A stretch of DNA of 64,000 nucleotides from a virus. The translations under genes were made by a program, and so were the position numbers. Under the pieces are notes generated by a model. The model had not been told where the DNA came from and searched no databases. It was given only the letters and a program-made list of their open reading frames with translations. The stretch is taken from IMG/VR virus record IMGVR_UViG_3300031111_000002, positions 3,535 through 67,534 of that record, one strand, 5' to 3'. Positions 19,901 through 28,303 of this stretch are shown in pieces (position 1 is the first letter of the stretch; each line of letters begins with the position of its first letter).

Positions 19901-21133
19901 ATGCAGGAAGTCACTACATCCATTTCTACCAGTCTTGAAACGATCAAGACAACGGTTGCCGACATTGCTGTTCAGATCGGAGAATCGTTTACTGTTGACT
20001 TCACTACGATTGATTTCGTTGCTCCATTTTCTGAGAAGATCTCCACCTTATCAACCGTGGTAACAACCGCTATGGTTGGAGTTCAAGAAGCATTTGGAAC
20101 AACCTTCGATAGCATCGTTTTGATTGTCACCGAAAAGGTAACACTGATCTCAACAAGCATTGTTGAACTTCTCAGCGGATTGCCAGAACAATTGGCTGTT
20201 GCTTTTGAAGGATTAACCGTTTCCATTGGGACAACTCTCGAAGCGATTTCCTCGACGTTCCAAACCGGTTTCACTACCATGTTTGAGATTATCAATGAGG
20301 TAGTCGTTTCCAATATGGAGAACGTTGGCGCGTTGATACAGGAAGGGTTGCTGTCCACGTTTGAACGTGTAACCGAGATCCTTCTTACACTTCCAGAGGT
20401 TTTCAGTGAAGCGTTTGCCGGTGTATCCGATGCGATCACTGGGCCACTTGACGCGATCAAACTTGCCATGACAGAACTTGCTGCTCAGATCGTTGGCGCG
20501 GTTCCTGAAATACAGTCGGCAGTTTCGTCTATCAATGCTGAACTTGCAAAACTTGGGGACGTGCAAGCATCTACCGAATCTGCAAGCCAGCTTATCCATC
20601 TTATCGAGGGAATCCTTAAAGAAGCGCAAAACGTTATTGAAGCATACGTTCCTCAGTTCCAGACATACGGCGAAGCGATCATGAACTCGTTTGCAGCCGG
20701 CATGGAAAAAGCTGGTGCTAGAATAATCAAGGCGGCGGCGGCGGCAGTATCGCAAGCCAAGCGAATCCTTGAATCGAACAGCCCACCTAAAGAGGGCCCT
20801 TTGCGTAATATCGACAAGTGGGGCTACAACGTCATGGATTCCTTTGCTGAAGGTATGGCAAATGCGGCTCCACGGGTCTTGGACATGGTAGAAGCATCCA
20901 TACCAAATGGAAATTATCTTCAGATCGCTCCTGTTCCTCTTGAAGCCACTTCGTCATATGCTCCGACACCCCCTTCCGACACGAGCGGTTCTGGGGCAAC
21001 TGAGGTGCATCACAACGAGTTTAATATCACGTTGCCGGGTCTTGTTGTAAGAAGCGAAGACGATGCCGCTATGGTCAAGGCGATTGTCGCACAGGCAATT
21101 GATGAAGCAATGAGGCGTGGAGCTCGGGTATGA
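16913..21133 (+). CDS. Tape measure protein (TP901 family)
   Basis: 1406 aa, Ala-rich; LYDIISA and GKTTFPELA core; C-terminal SPPKEGPL motif. Confidence 0.93.
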   Translation: MAEDIQIVVSARDEASQTLKRIDQDGLQSMATSATQAGVALSAFAAGGALAIRSAADSFISFETGLNEVNTLLSEGSKPISEFKNELLDLSTRVPDSLKNLTGGLYDIISASVDSAEAMGALELASKAAVAGISDTKTAADLGTTVMNAYGKEVGELENIFDIVFTTIKKGKTTFPELAQSMGRILPFATATGTSFEEVSAALATLTRSGIQTPIAATAIGSALGGLLKPTKGVQDAMKALDVNLKDTSGNFIGLVELVKQFKEKNLTQEDIAKLFPNKRALTGILTLMKQYDGFLVDVAAAQNATGATATAFDKVMAGLGPTFDLLKNNLKVLTLTFFEDLVPAFQKSAVVITSATKVLQSIPAPIRKIITIGASLSVILAGVSGAFLLLVGRIPMIVSGMKLLASAFAFIPTLASILTTAIAPISLALLGLIPVALAVYGAFKNWDAIKNVFKNLVSQAGSAIQYLEQAFWAWIDEIRNMSFTLGSIFTTAFVQVKDVVEAGMAVITAAMGGNWELALFHLRDFWEKFKRLMSTSWAAIKEILSDPELLSKFVAALKIGFQKATPVIQKLLSEGFKKAMKAASTILKASGGTILDVMESVLKALPGIIKDGGSLVIAAFKTLWSIVTGTQIDSGPLSSTISELFTRFKAIIAENAPPIKQAIKDLIVEAFGEDALINITIFKDTVYGTLTDIKNFFTSDAGGFAIFKETVTTTLADLRIELEALKIFFTPLKDAIVTTFNEIDDFLTKQDGIEILRETWNETIEDIKTGLEVIGGLVTGGLITKGALALGTSLATIGATATASTATVAATGAAATTALTTAGAAGATAATGIAATGTAATGVLSTLGPAAALVGAGFAGWKAGEALNEVQIGSRKAKDYITDFFTAIGAGGTYATVSLRDTSAAVQQQGEAVKEVAENAKQVETALRTADLTLPPPDFTSIDAGLAQLNTSAQAAFEKTKATVRTSIAEINQAIRTGLSGGNPFAELPNQASTAMQEVTTSISTSLETIKTTVADIAVQIGESFTVDFTTIDFVAPFSEKISTLSTVVTTAMVGVQEAFGTTFDSIVLIVTEKVTLISTSIVELLSGLPEQLAVAFEGLTVSIGTTLEAISSTFQTGFTTMFEIINEVVVSNMENVGALIQEGLLSTFERVTEILLTLPEVFSEAFAGVSDAITGPLDAIKLAMTELAAQIVGAVPEIQSAVSSINAELAKLGDVQASTESASQLIHLIEGILKEAQNVIEAYVPQFQTYGEAIMNSFAAGMEKAGARIIKAAAAAVSQAKRILESNSPPKEGPLRNIDKWGYNVMDSFAEGMANAAPRVLDMVEASIPNGNYLQIAPVPLEATSSYAPTPPSDTSGSGATEVHHNEFNITLPGLVVRSEDDAAMVKAIVAQAIDEAMRRGARV

Positions 21134-23508
21134 AGTACGAACATTGGAAACAATATGCGTCTTTAAACATCTTTGAAGAAATTATCGAAGCAAGAATCTT
21201 CGGAGGTAAATACGCGATCATAGTTTCTGGAGAATTGTCTACCTTCCCTGAGTCTTTGTATCGGGTCACGATTATCGAGCTCAAATTATATGGGAATCCT
21301 AAAGTATTGGCAGAACTTGAACTTCAGGATACATCAGCTATGTTGTATGGATGGCACGGTCCTGGAAGTCAGTACAGCGATGCCAATGGGAAGCCCTATG
21401 TAAGTACAGCTTTCAACCTTTGCAATATCATTGAAACAAGAAACAACGTATTCTGGATCACCGGAAGGGGAAGGTATATAACGGTAATTGATTTCAGAAA
21501 TTACTTCAATTATCCTGACAACTACGATATTGAAGAAAACTATACTACCATTACCATTCCAGACATCGTTGATGAACAAGTTGAGATACAAGGTCAGAAT
21601 TACACTACTTATTGGTCACGTCCTGTGGCCGCTATAGAAGCCGATGGTTATGTTGCTTTAATGAGCCATCTTGGAACTCGGTTTTGTAATTCTTCTGGAA
21701 ACTTTATGACCAATTCTTCGACCGGCAATAGTCTTCATAGGTGGACTGTACCTCTTGATTTCGATCCACTTGTGCCAGAAGAATACTTTTTCCCGTGTTA
21801 TAACGTTTGTAAGATCGGTCTTATTTTCTATGGGAAACTTGGATACATAGGTATTGGAATAGCAACCTCTTTCAAACCTGGATCTGACATTATTATTCGC
21901 GGGAAGATCTTCGAAAACGGGCCAAGCGAAAGGTACTATAGAAAGTTCTTAGGGCCTATGTTCATACCTGATCCGGAAACACAAGAGTTCAGATATTTTG
22001 AACTACCAACTGGATCCGGCGCTTACATGACTCCTGATTCAACAAGACCTTTTCAAAGGGTTGCAAACACCAATTATTTGTTGGGATATAGAGATACTTC
22101 TGGTTTTGAATATCTGGTCAATACAAATCAGATACGACCCGGAAATGTTCTTTTGGATGTTGGTTCTGGGGCAATTGGCAAGGGTGAAGTTATCGCTGGC
22201 ATAATGTTTCCTGAAAAGTCACAGTATCAAAGTTTTGGTGTTAGTGTAGGCCTTGATAGCCATCCTGACAATTATTCGATTGGAGTTGGAAGCGCTGTTT
22301 GTATAAACCTTTTCGGTCTTCCTTATGAATCCATGCCGGGTTGGGCTTGGAAAGAAGATCCACCTGGAAGTGGTAACTGGTATCCAGAAAACGACGTTAC
22401 TGTTGAGGTTAATACATATGGCGGACACTTTGTTTCTACGTTTACCGGAGCAAAAGAAGTCAAGGTTGGTTCTGTTGCTGTTGGAACTGCATTGCTTTGT
22501 TCTGACAATTTGCCAGGTCGCATTGAAATCTACAATGCAGTAACCTTAAGGAGAACCTACCCCGGATCTGAACCACCTAAACCAGACGACATTCAGTATT
22601 ACTATCTTTTCAGACCGGGTGATTACTTGAGCGCTGCCAATCATGCTAATATTTACACTACGTTTACACCACAAAGATTGGTTGACCTAAAAGGATTCAA
22701 GGTTGGCGAATTGATCGGCGATGGCAACTACCCTAAAGTTACATACGGGACTCCTGTCCAAAAGTTCTCTACAGACGGGTGGTTTATTTGTACTGAATTG
22801 GCTGCAATTGACCGAGGTTATGCTTGGGGCAATTTGCACTATTTTCCCGACATGATTAACTGTACTCAGGAAAAGACGGGAACAAGCGTTTCTATAACCA
22901 ATGGACATAGAATTGCTCCCGGTACGCAAGTGCTTGATGCGAAGATTATCGGCGCTGCCCAAACATCTATTTCAGTTGACAGACCTACTTTTTTTTCTGT
23001 CGGTTTTCACTACGTCAAATCAAGGGCTTTGTCAGATTCCGGAAAGAAGATATCTGCCAAGGTTCCCACCGGAGTGACGTTTACTAGAATAGAGTCAAAC
23101 GGACTTGCTTCTCTTGAGGGCGTTGTGTTTTCTAAAAGGGTTTCATACAAACTCGATAACACTACACCGCTTGGAGTATTTCCATACAAAGCTGGAGTCT
23201 GTACTGTAATTGATGAATCTATTACAATTGGAGAAGAATACCCCGGCTACAAGATCTTCGTTTCTGGGTATTACATGATTCGTTTCGGTGCAAATCTATC
23301 AGAAGATCCGAATGGCGTTATGATATACCGAAATGTAAACATAGGTGAGCCGGCTGTTATCAATGCTTCGGTGAATGGATCGCGTGTTACTCTTGTTGTG
23401 GATAACATTTACGCTGGAGAAGATTACAATCTGAACATTCAAAACGTTTCTGATGCAGAAGGGAAACGTACAATATATACTTTCAGCAAGAATTTCAAAG
23501 GGGTTTAG
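21130..23508 (+). CDS. Large tail-tip/receptor-binding-like protein
   Basis: 792 aa, Gly/Tyr/beta-rich; visibly more AT-rich DNA; ends in half of an Ig-like domain. Confidence 0.6.
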   Translation: MKYEHWKQYASLNIFEEIIEARIFGGKYAIIVSGELSTFPESLYRVTIIELKLYGNPKVLAELELQDTSAMLYGWHGPGSQYSDANGKPYVSTAFNLCNIIETRNNVFWITGRGRYITVIDFRNYFNYPDNYDIEENYTTITIPDIVDEQVEIQGQNYTTYWSRPVAAIEADGYVALMSHLGTRFCNSSGNFMTNSSTGNSLHRWTVPLDFDPLVPEEYFFPCYNVCKIGLIFYGKLGYIGIGIATSFKPGSDIIIRGKIFENGPSERYYRKFLGPMFIPDPETQEFRYFELPTGSGAYMTPDSTRPFQRVANTNYLLGYRDTSGFEYLVNTNQIRPGNVLLDVGSGAIGKGEVIAGIMFPEKSQYQSFGVSVGLDSHPDNYSIGVGSAVCINLFGLPYESMPGWAWKEDPPGSGNWYPENDVTVEVNTYGGHFVSTFTGAKEVKVGSVAVGTALLCSDNLPGRIEIYNAVTLRRTYPGSEPPKPDDIQYYYLFRPGDYLSAANHANIYTTFTPQRLVDLKGFKVGELIGDGNYPKVTYGTPVQKFSTDGWFICTELAAIDRGYAWGNLHYFPDMINCTQEKTGTSVSITNGHRIAPGTQVLDAKIIGAAQTSISVDRPTFFSVGFHYVKSRALSDSGKKISAKVPTGVTFTRIESNGLASLEGVVFSKRVSYKLDNTTPLGVFPYKAGVCTVIDESITIGEEYPGYKIFVSGYYMIRFGANLSEDPNGVMIYRNVNIGEPAVINASVNGSRVTLVVDNIYAGEDYNLNIQNVSDAEGKRTIYTFSKNFKGV

Positions 23509-23509
23509 A

Positions 23510-23848
23510 ATGATACAACTCGGAAATTACGTTTTTTCTCAAGCTCCTGCCGCGTTGACTCTTGCCCCCATCAAGGTAGGTGAACGTAAGACACGTGGTA
23601 TCCGTGGTGATATGATAAAGTCAGGCGAAGCCAGAGTGAAAATGATCTTCACCATTTCTGGAATAATCAAGGATGATTTCGTTCACATTCTCGAGCAATT
23701 CGCTTATAGTGGGTTCCTCGTTTTCATACCCGGCGAACTATTGCCTGAAAGTCCGGATGCATCATACGTCGTTTCATTTGATACGTTCACCAAAGACAAG
23801 ACCGGTGCTGAGCCAGCGTTGTACTCGATCGGCTTGGAAGAGAAATGA
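23510..23848 (+). CDS. Putative distal tail protein (Dit/gpM-like)
   Basis: About 112 aa, before the hub gene; C-terminal LEE. Confidence 0.55.
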   Translation: MIQLGNYVFSQAPAALTLAPIKVGERKTRGIRGDMIKSGEARVKMIFTISGIIKDDFVHILEQFAYSGFLVFIPGELLPESPDASYVVSFDTFTKDKTGAEPALYSIGLEEK

Positions 23849-25860
23849 TAAACGATTACGGTGGAAGAGGTCTTTGGGATTCACCTAATACAGCGGTTCC
23901 TGAGTATTCTATCCCGCTTATGTTCGACCGGTTGCCACAAACATTCTGGGCAGGCGGAACCTTAGAACCATATTCGATCACTTTTACAGGCGATGTGTTC
24001 TCTACAGTGATGTTCTATGGATTCAATATGTTGTCATTTGATATTGGAGTAAACGAGCTATACGCCGAAGAATACTTTGTTGACTCATGGGATGATTTGC
24101 TTTCTCAATGGAACGAAGAACTTCACGTTACGGACGGGAAAAAGGGATCTGAAGAAACTACTGCGAGGTTGTTCCCTTCCCCTGTAAACACTCAGAAACT
24201 TCGGTTTAGGATTCCATATGAAGGGCTTGTTTACAATCCAGAACCCGGACAAGGTGCCGTCGCTATCAATGAATTGATGGTATGGGGCGACGACCCTGAT
24301 TACACGTACAGCATTCTTGGCGTTCATTCAAACGTACAAGTCGCTGAAAAGGCCTTTGAAGGAATCTTCTCTGAAGTCGATACGGTAGAAACCGAGATGA
24401 TCGGCATCGACAGTTCTGTGAGCATATTGAGCACTGGTCGTCTTGGCCTTCACGCAAGTGTCGAAGTTCCGAATACATATTCCACGTTGATAGACGGTGT
24501 AGACCTTACAGAAACTATTGATGCAGTCCGATGGAGTCGCGGTACTGATTTCGCTTCCGGATCTCTCGGGCTTACCCTCAATTCCGAATCGTTCTGGTAC
24601 AATGATTCTCGATTTGAGATCAACACCCCTGTCCAGTTCAGGGCGAACAACCGAACCCTTTTCGATGGCGTTATCGAAGACGGGAAAACGTCCAAGAGCT
24701 ATCAAGGCCCTAATAGCGAAATCACTTGTTATGACAACGCAACGAATCGTTTGAACCAAAATTTCAGCGGTGTTCTTACCGGTACTACATACCGAGATCT
24801 CGTTGTCCAGATCGCTGAATACTGTGGCTTCCAGCAGTCTGAAATAGAATGTCCTGACGGCGACGATTACGGAACTTCGATTGATATCAACAACGACAAT
24901 TGCCTTGAGTTACTATCCGAGATTTGTATAGTTCAGCGGTGGTTCTTCTACATTGCTGACGATGGCTCGCTGATTGTCCGTTCTTCCACTTTCGATCCGA
25001 CTCCGGATCACGTTATCCCCATGTCTGAAGTTGAAGTGCAGGAAACCGTTTGCCAGAAAAGCACAATCATAAACTTGATCCGGGTTTCGAGTAATCCTGC
25101 AGGCGACGGGCAAGAAGTGTTTGGAGCTGACTTCACAAATCTCTATTCACAAGGCAAATATGGACTCGCGGAAGGACCTACGATTTCCAGTCGTTTCTTC
25201 TTGAATGAAGATCAGGTGGAAGCGGTTGGTCTTGAGATTGTGAGCAGCCGTGGTGAACCGGCAAGGACATTCAGTTTCAATCTGATTGGCGATTACGCTT
25301 TCAGGCATTATCAGGTGATTGACATTGAAATGGAAAACGATACTTACTTGAAGTTTGCCATTATCGGTGTTGAGTTCACCCTTTCAGAGTCTGAAGAACG
25401 GTGGGCAATCAAAGTCGTTCTCATAGCACAGATGCAGAACTCTTTAGGCATCACCTTCCCGTCGTTCGGATCTGCAATGAGTAGTATTCTTGGTGACTGG
25501 GCTGGCAAAGTGAACAACGTCATAACTGGTCGTGTTGAGTCGTCTTCATCGTTTGAAACTGGCGGTAAACACAATTGTTTCATCTTCAGTACTGGTTCGA
25601 CTATGACCGATGTCTGGGGCGACACTTTGTATCCCCCGAGCGCTATTGTTACTCTTGCCGATTTGAACAACGACGGTACTTATGTAATCATTTCTGGCAC
25701 GTTTTATGGAGGCGGAAACTGGAACTCCTACAATTACGATCCCTTCACGGTTGACGATGTTCAGACACCGGGTTCGACTACGATCTACGTCGATTTCAGT
25801 GACAACGTTGGTGAAGGTGGGGACAATCCAGAAAACTATATTATAACCGGGTTAGCGTAA
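23845..25860 (+). CDS. Baseplate hub/Tal-like tail protein
   Basis: LFDGVIED..ITCYD, FYIADDGSLIV, IINLIRV and SQGKYG hub-like motifs. Confidence 0.7.
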   Translation: MINDYGGRGLWDSPNTAVPEYSIPLMFDRLPQTFWAGGTLEPYSITFTGDVFSTVMFYGFNMLSFDIGVNELYAEEYFVDSWDDLLSQWNEELHVTDGKKGSEETTARLFPSPVNTQKLRFRIPYEGLVYNPEPGQGAVAINELMVWGDDPDYTYSILGVHSNVQVAEKAFEGIFSEVDTVETEMIGIDSSVSILSTGRLGLHASVEVPNTYSTLIDGVDLTETIDAVRWSRGTDFASGSLGLTLNSESFWYNDSRFEINTPVQFRANNRTLFDGVIEDGKTSKSYQGPNSEITCYDNATNRLNQNFSGVLTGTTYRDLVVQIAEYCGFQQSEIECPDGDDYGTSIDINNDNCLELLSEICIVQRWFFYIADDGSLIVRSSTFDPTPDHVIPMSEVEVQETVCQKSTIINLIRVSSNPAGDGQEVFGADFTNLYSQGKYGLAEGPTISSRFFLNEDQVEAVGLEIVSSRGEPARTFSFNLIGDYAFRHYQVIDIEMENDTYLKFAIIGVEFTLSESEERWAIKVVLIAQMQNSLGITFPSFGSAMSSILGDWAGKVNNVITGRVESSSSFETGGKHNCFIFSTGSTMTDVWGDTLYPPSAIVTLADLNNDGTYVIISGTFYGGGNWNSYNYDPFTVDDVQTPGSTTIYVDFSDNVGEGGDNPENYIITGLA

Positions 25861-26525
25861 TGGATGATTGCAGTGGTTTCGGAATCCTTCACGACGTTTT
25901 GCGCGAGTGCAGATTCTGTTCCCGCAAATCAGCTTGTTTCGCTATGGAGAAACAGAACCGACATGAAGAAGGTCGGATAGAAACTCTCGAGATGCAAGTT
26001 GATTTGTTGAAGCGTATCGTTCGTGGTCTTACAGATCAGCTTGCCAGTGCCGGGTTCGTGTTTGCGAAACGTGTAGCCGAGGAAAACAATATCCATAGGT
26101 TGATAAGTCCTACCACTAATGTTCGATGTGCGAACTCCGGAGTTTCTGCAAATGATGTCGATCTTCGCAAAGATATCCCACGGTACTTCGAAGAATTTAT
26201 GGAATACGTCGATTCCCTTCCGTCGATAGAGAGATCCGTTACGAACAAACGATTTGAGAAGAACCGCGTAGAATACTACGGCAGATCCCGCAAACCATTC
26301 TTCGCACTCACGTATCGTGGTCACATATCGGTTAAAATAGAGCTCCTTGAATACGTTTCCCCTCCATTTGCGTTCTTCAAAACACGCGGCAAAGTGGAAG
26401 GTCGTATATTCGATCTTCCAGCCATTCTTTCTGGTGGACCTTTCGAGCTGTATGACCGTGATCTGATAGATCAATTCTTCGGCCAGCTTGAATACGTTTC
26501 AGCCAAAATTGCGGAGGTCACATGA
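25860..26525 (+). CDS. Hypothetical protein with N-terminal Cys cluster
   Basis: C..G....ECRFC...C; translationally coupled. Confidence 0.65.
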   Translation: MDDCSGFGILHDVLRECRFCSRKSACFAMEKQNRHEEGRIETLEMQVDLLKRIVRGLTDQLASAGFVFAKRVAEENNIHRLISPTTNVRCANSGVSANDVDLRKDIPRYFEEFMEYVDSLPSIERSVTNKRFEKNRVEYYGRSRKPFFALTYRGHISVKIELLEYVSPPFAFFKTRGKVEGRIFDLPAILSGGPFELYDRDLIDQFFGQLEYVSAKIAEVT

Positions 26526-26791
26526 TTCTTCCATCACATGTTTTGTTTCCGGTTTATCAAGGCGATACCAAACTCATTCTCAAGTACCGGGGCAAATACC
26601 CGGGCTGTTCTTTATTCGGCGGATTGTGCTTGATTGGCGAGGACGAGAAAGTTATAATTAAGTTTGATGGTTCGATAATTGGGTACTGGGATCCAGCGAC
26701 AGATCTCTTTACATTTCCACCAGACGAACCTTTCAAGTATAGCGATGCGGAAGCGAAACATAAGATACAATCCGTATTAGGGAGGGCGTAA
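26522..26791 (+). CDS. Hypothetical protein
   Basis: ATGA overlap with GGAGG RBS. Confidence 0.6.
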   Translation: MILPSHVLFPVYQGDTKLILKYRGKYPGCSLFGGLCLIGEDEKVIIKFDGSIIGYWDPATDLFTFPPDEPFKYSDAEAKHKIQSVLGRA

Positions 26792-26792
26792 A

Positions 26793-27653
26793 ATGCCGAA
26801 ACGAAAAACTGCCAAAGACAAAGTTGACGACGCTGCAAAGCGTAAACAGGAAATGATTACTCAGGAAATCGTGGATGAAGCGACTATCCATCACCACTCC
26901 GAATTATTGACCAAGATCAATGAATTGAAGCATGAGCGTGGAGAACTCGTAAGGTTTGTTGATAAGGTGAATCAAACGAACGAAGAACTTGGTAAGAAGA
27001 TTGAATCCATCAAGGAATCTTCTTCCGTTCAGAATGTCCCCGGTGGAGCCAATCACCATGAAATGGTCGAGGAATGCAGACAGGCCGTTGAGATCGAACA
27101 CAAACGGCTGGAGAATATCAACAACCGTATTGGCGGTCTTGTTGCTCGTCTTGATAGTCTTACCGAAATCCTGAAGACGCTGAAGACCAAGATCGTGAGT
27201 AACACGAAACGCATGAGCCCGATGAAGGATCTCAAGAGGAAGAACCAAGTTCTTGCCGAAACAGAGAATCTGAAGCAGGAAGCGGCATCCACCAAAGACG
27301 AAATGGACGATCTGACAAACCGGATCGACCAACTCAACGAAATGGCTGTTTTCCAGAAAACTGCAATCGCCAATGCCGAGCAAGAAGTTGAGAACAGTAT
27401 CAATCGCAAGAAGCGCAACGAGAAACGTGCATTCATGCAGAAGATTGCTAAGGACAATGGAGAACGAATCCAATCTCTCGAAAACGAAGTGGCTCACAAT
27501 ATCCAAACAATTGGTTCTTTGGAAACCAGGATCAAGGCCATTGACAACGAACTCGAATCCGTTGAAGCCAAGCTGAAAGGTATCAATATCGAGGCCGTTG
27601 GCGAACGTCTTGAAACAGCGAAGCAAACCAAAGAACCTTCCTTAACGTTCTGA
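26793..27653 (+). CDS. Long coiled-coil protein
   Basis: Heptad-rich 286 aa; GGAGG RBS. Confidence 0.7.
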   Translation: MPKRKTAKDKVDDAAKRKQEMITQEIVDEATIHHHSELLTKINELKHERGELVRFVDKVNQTNEELGKKIESIKESSSVQNVPGGANHHEMVEECRQAVEIEHKRLENINNRIGGLVARLDSLTEILKTLKTKIVSNTKRMSPMKDLKRKNQVLAETENLKQEAASTKDEMDDLTNRIDQLNEMAVFQKTAIANAEQEVENSINRKKRNEKRAFMQKIAKDNGERIQSLENEVAHNIQTIGSLETRIKAIDNELESVEAKLKGINIEAVGERLETAKQTKEPSLTF

Positions 27654-28303
27654 TGAAAACGGTACTTGATTTCAACTACCCGGTCGCACTCACCGACGAA
27701 GACGACCGAGAATCTTTTCGCATCCAAGACGGATATGGTGGGATGGTTCACGTAACTAAGTGTCGTCGGTGCGAGAATCCCGCTCAACGAGGTTCAATCT
27801 ATTGTCCTGACCATGAAACGTCCGTAGCCCATACAATCGGATCTGCCCCTGCTGCAGCAAGCCGTGAGCCGCTTCAACACGAAACGTTATACGCTTCGGC
27901 GTTCACTGATCCGAAAGACCGGGTTTTGTTTGAGACGTTTCTTCAAAGCAAAGGTAACCTTGAAGCCGAGATCGCGCTTCTAAAGGTTGAAGCCGTGAAG
28001 GTTGTCCAAGCCGATTCCGCTGAGTTCAAAGGTACTCGCCAGAGAATACAAGCGCTTACCCAAATCATTGAGACAATGCGGCGCCTCATAATGACTCACC
28101 ACGATCTCTTTGAGAAACTGGAAGTGTCGGTATTGATCGACTTGGAAATGGTAGGACGTATCAGCGGCAAGCTCTCTGAAGCGATGGATCGAATGAGCAA
28201 TATCATAGCCGACAACGTTCCGGGCGATAAACGCGACAAGGTTGCTGACGAAATTATGGACGTAAAGCAATGGCTTGCTGGTGAATTGAGGCGGCTTACA
28301 TGA
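27653..28303 (+). CDS. Second terminase small subunit-like protein
   Basis: C..C..PA..G..YC..H, H..LY and LEAEIALLK pattern; directly upstream of and coupled to TerL. Confidence 0.55.
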   Translation: MKTVLDFNYPVALTDEDDRESFRIQDGYGGMVHVTKCRRCENPAQRGSIYCPDHETSVAHTIGSAPAAASREPLQHETLYASAFTDPKDRVLFETFLQSKGNLEAEIALLKVEAVKVVQADSAEFKGTRQRIQALTQIIETMRRLIMTHHDLFEKLEVSVLIDLEMVGRISGKLSEAMDRMSNIIADNVPGDKRDKVADEIMDVKQWLAGELRRLT

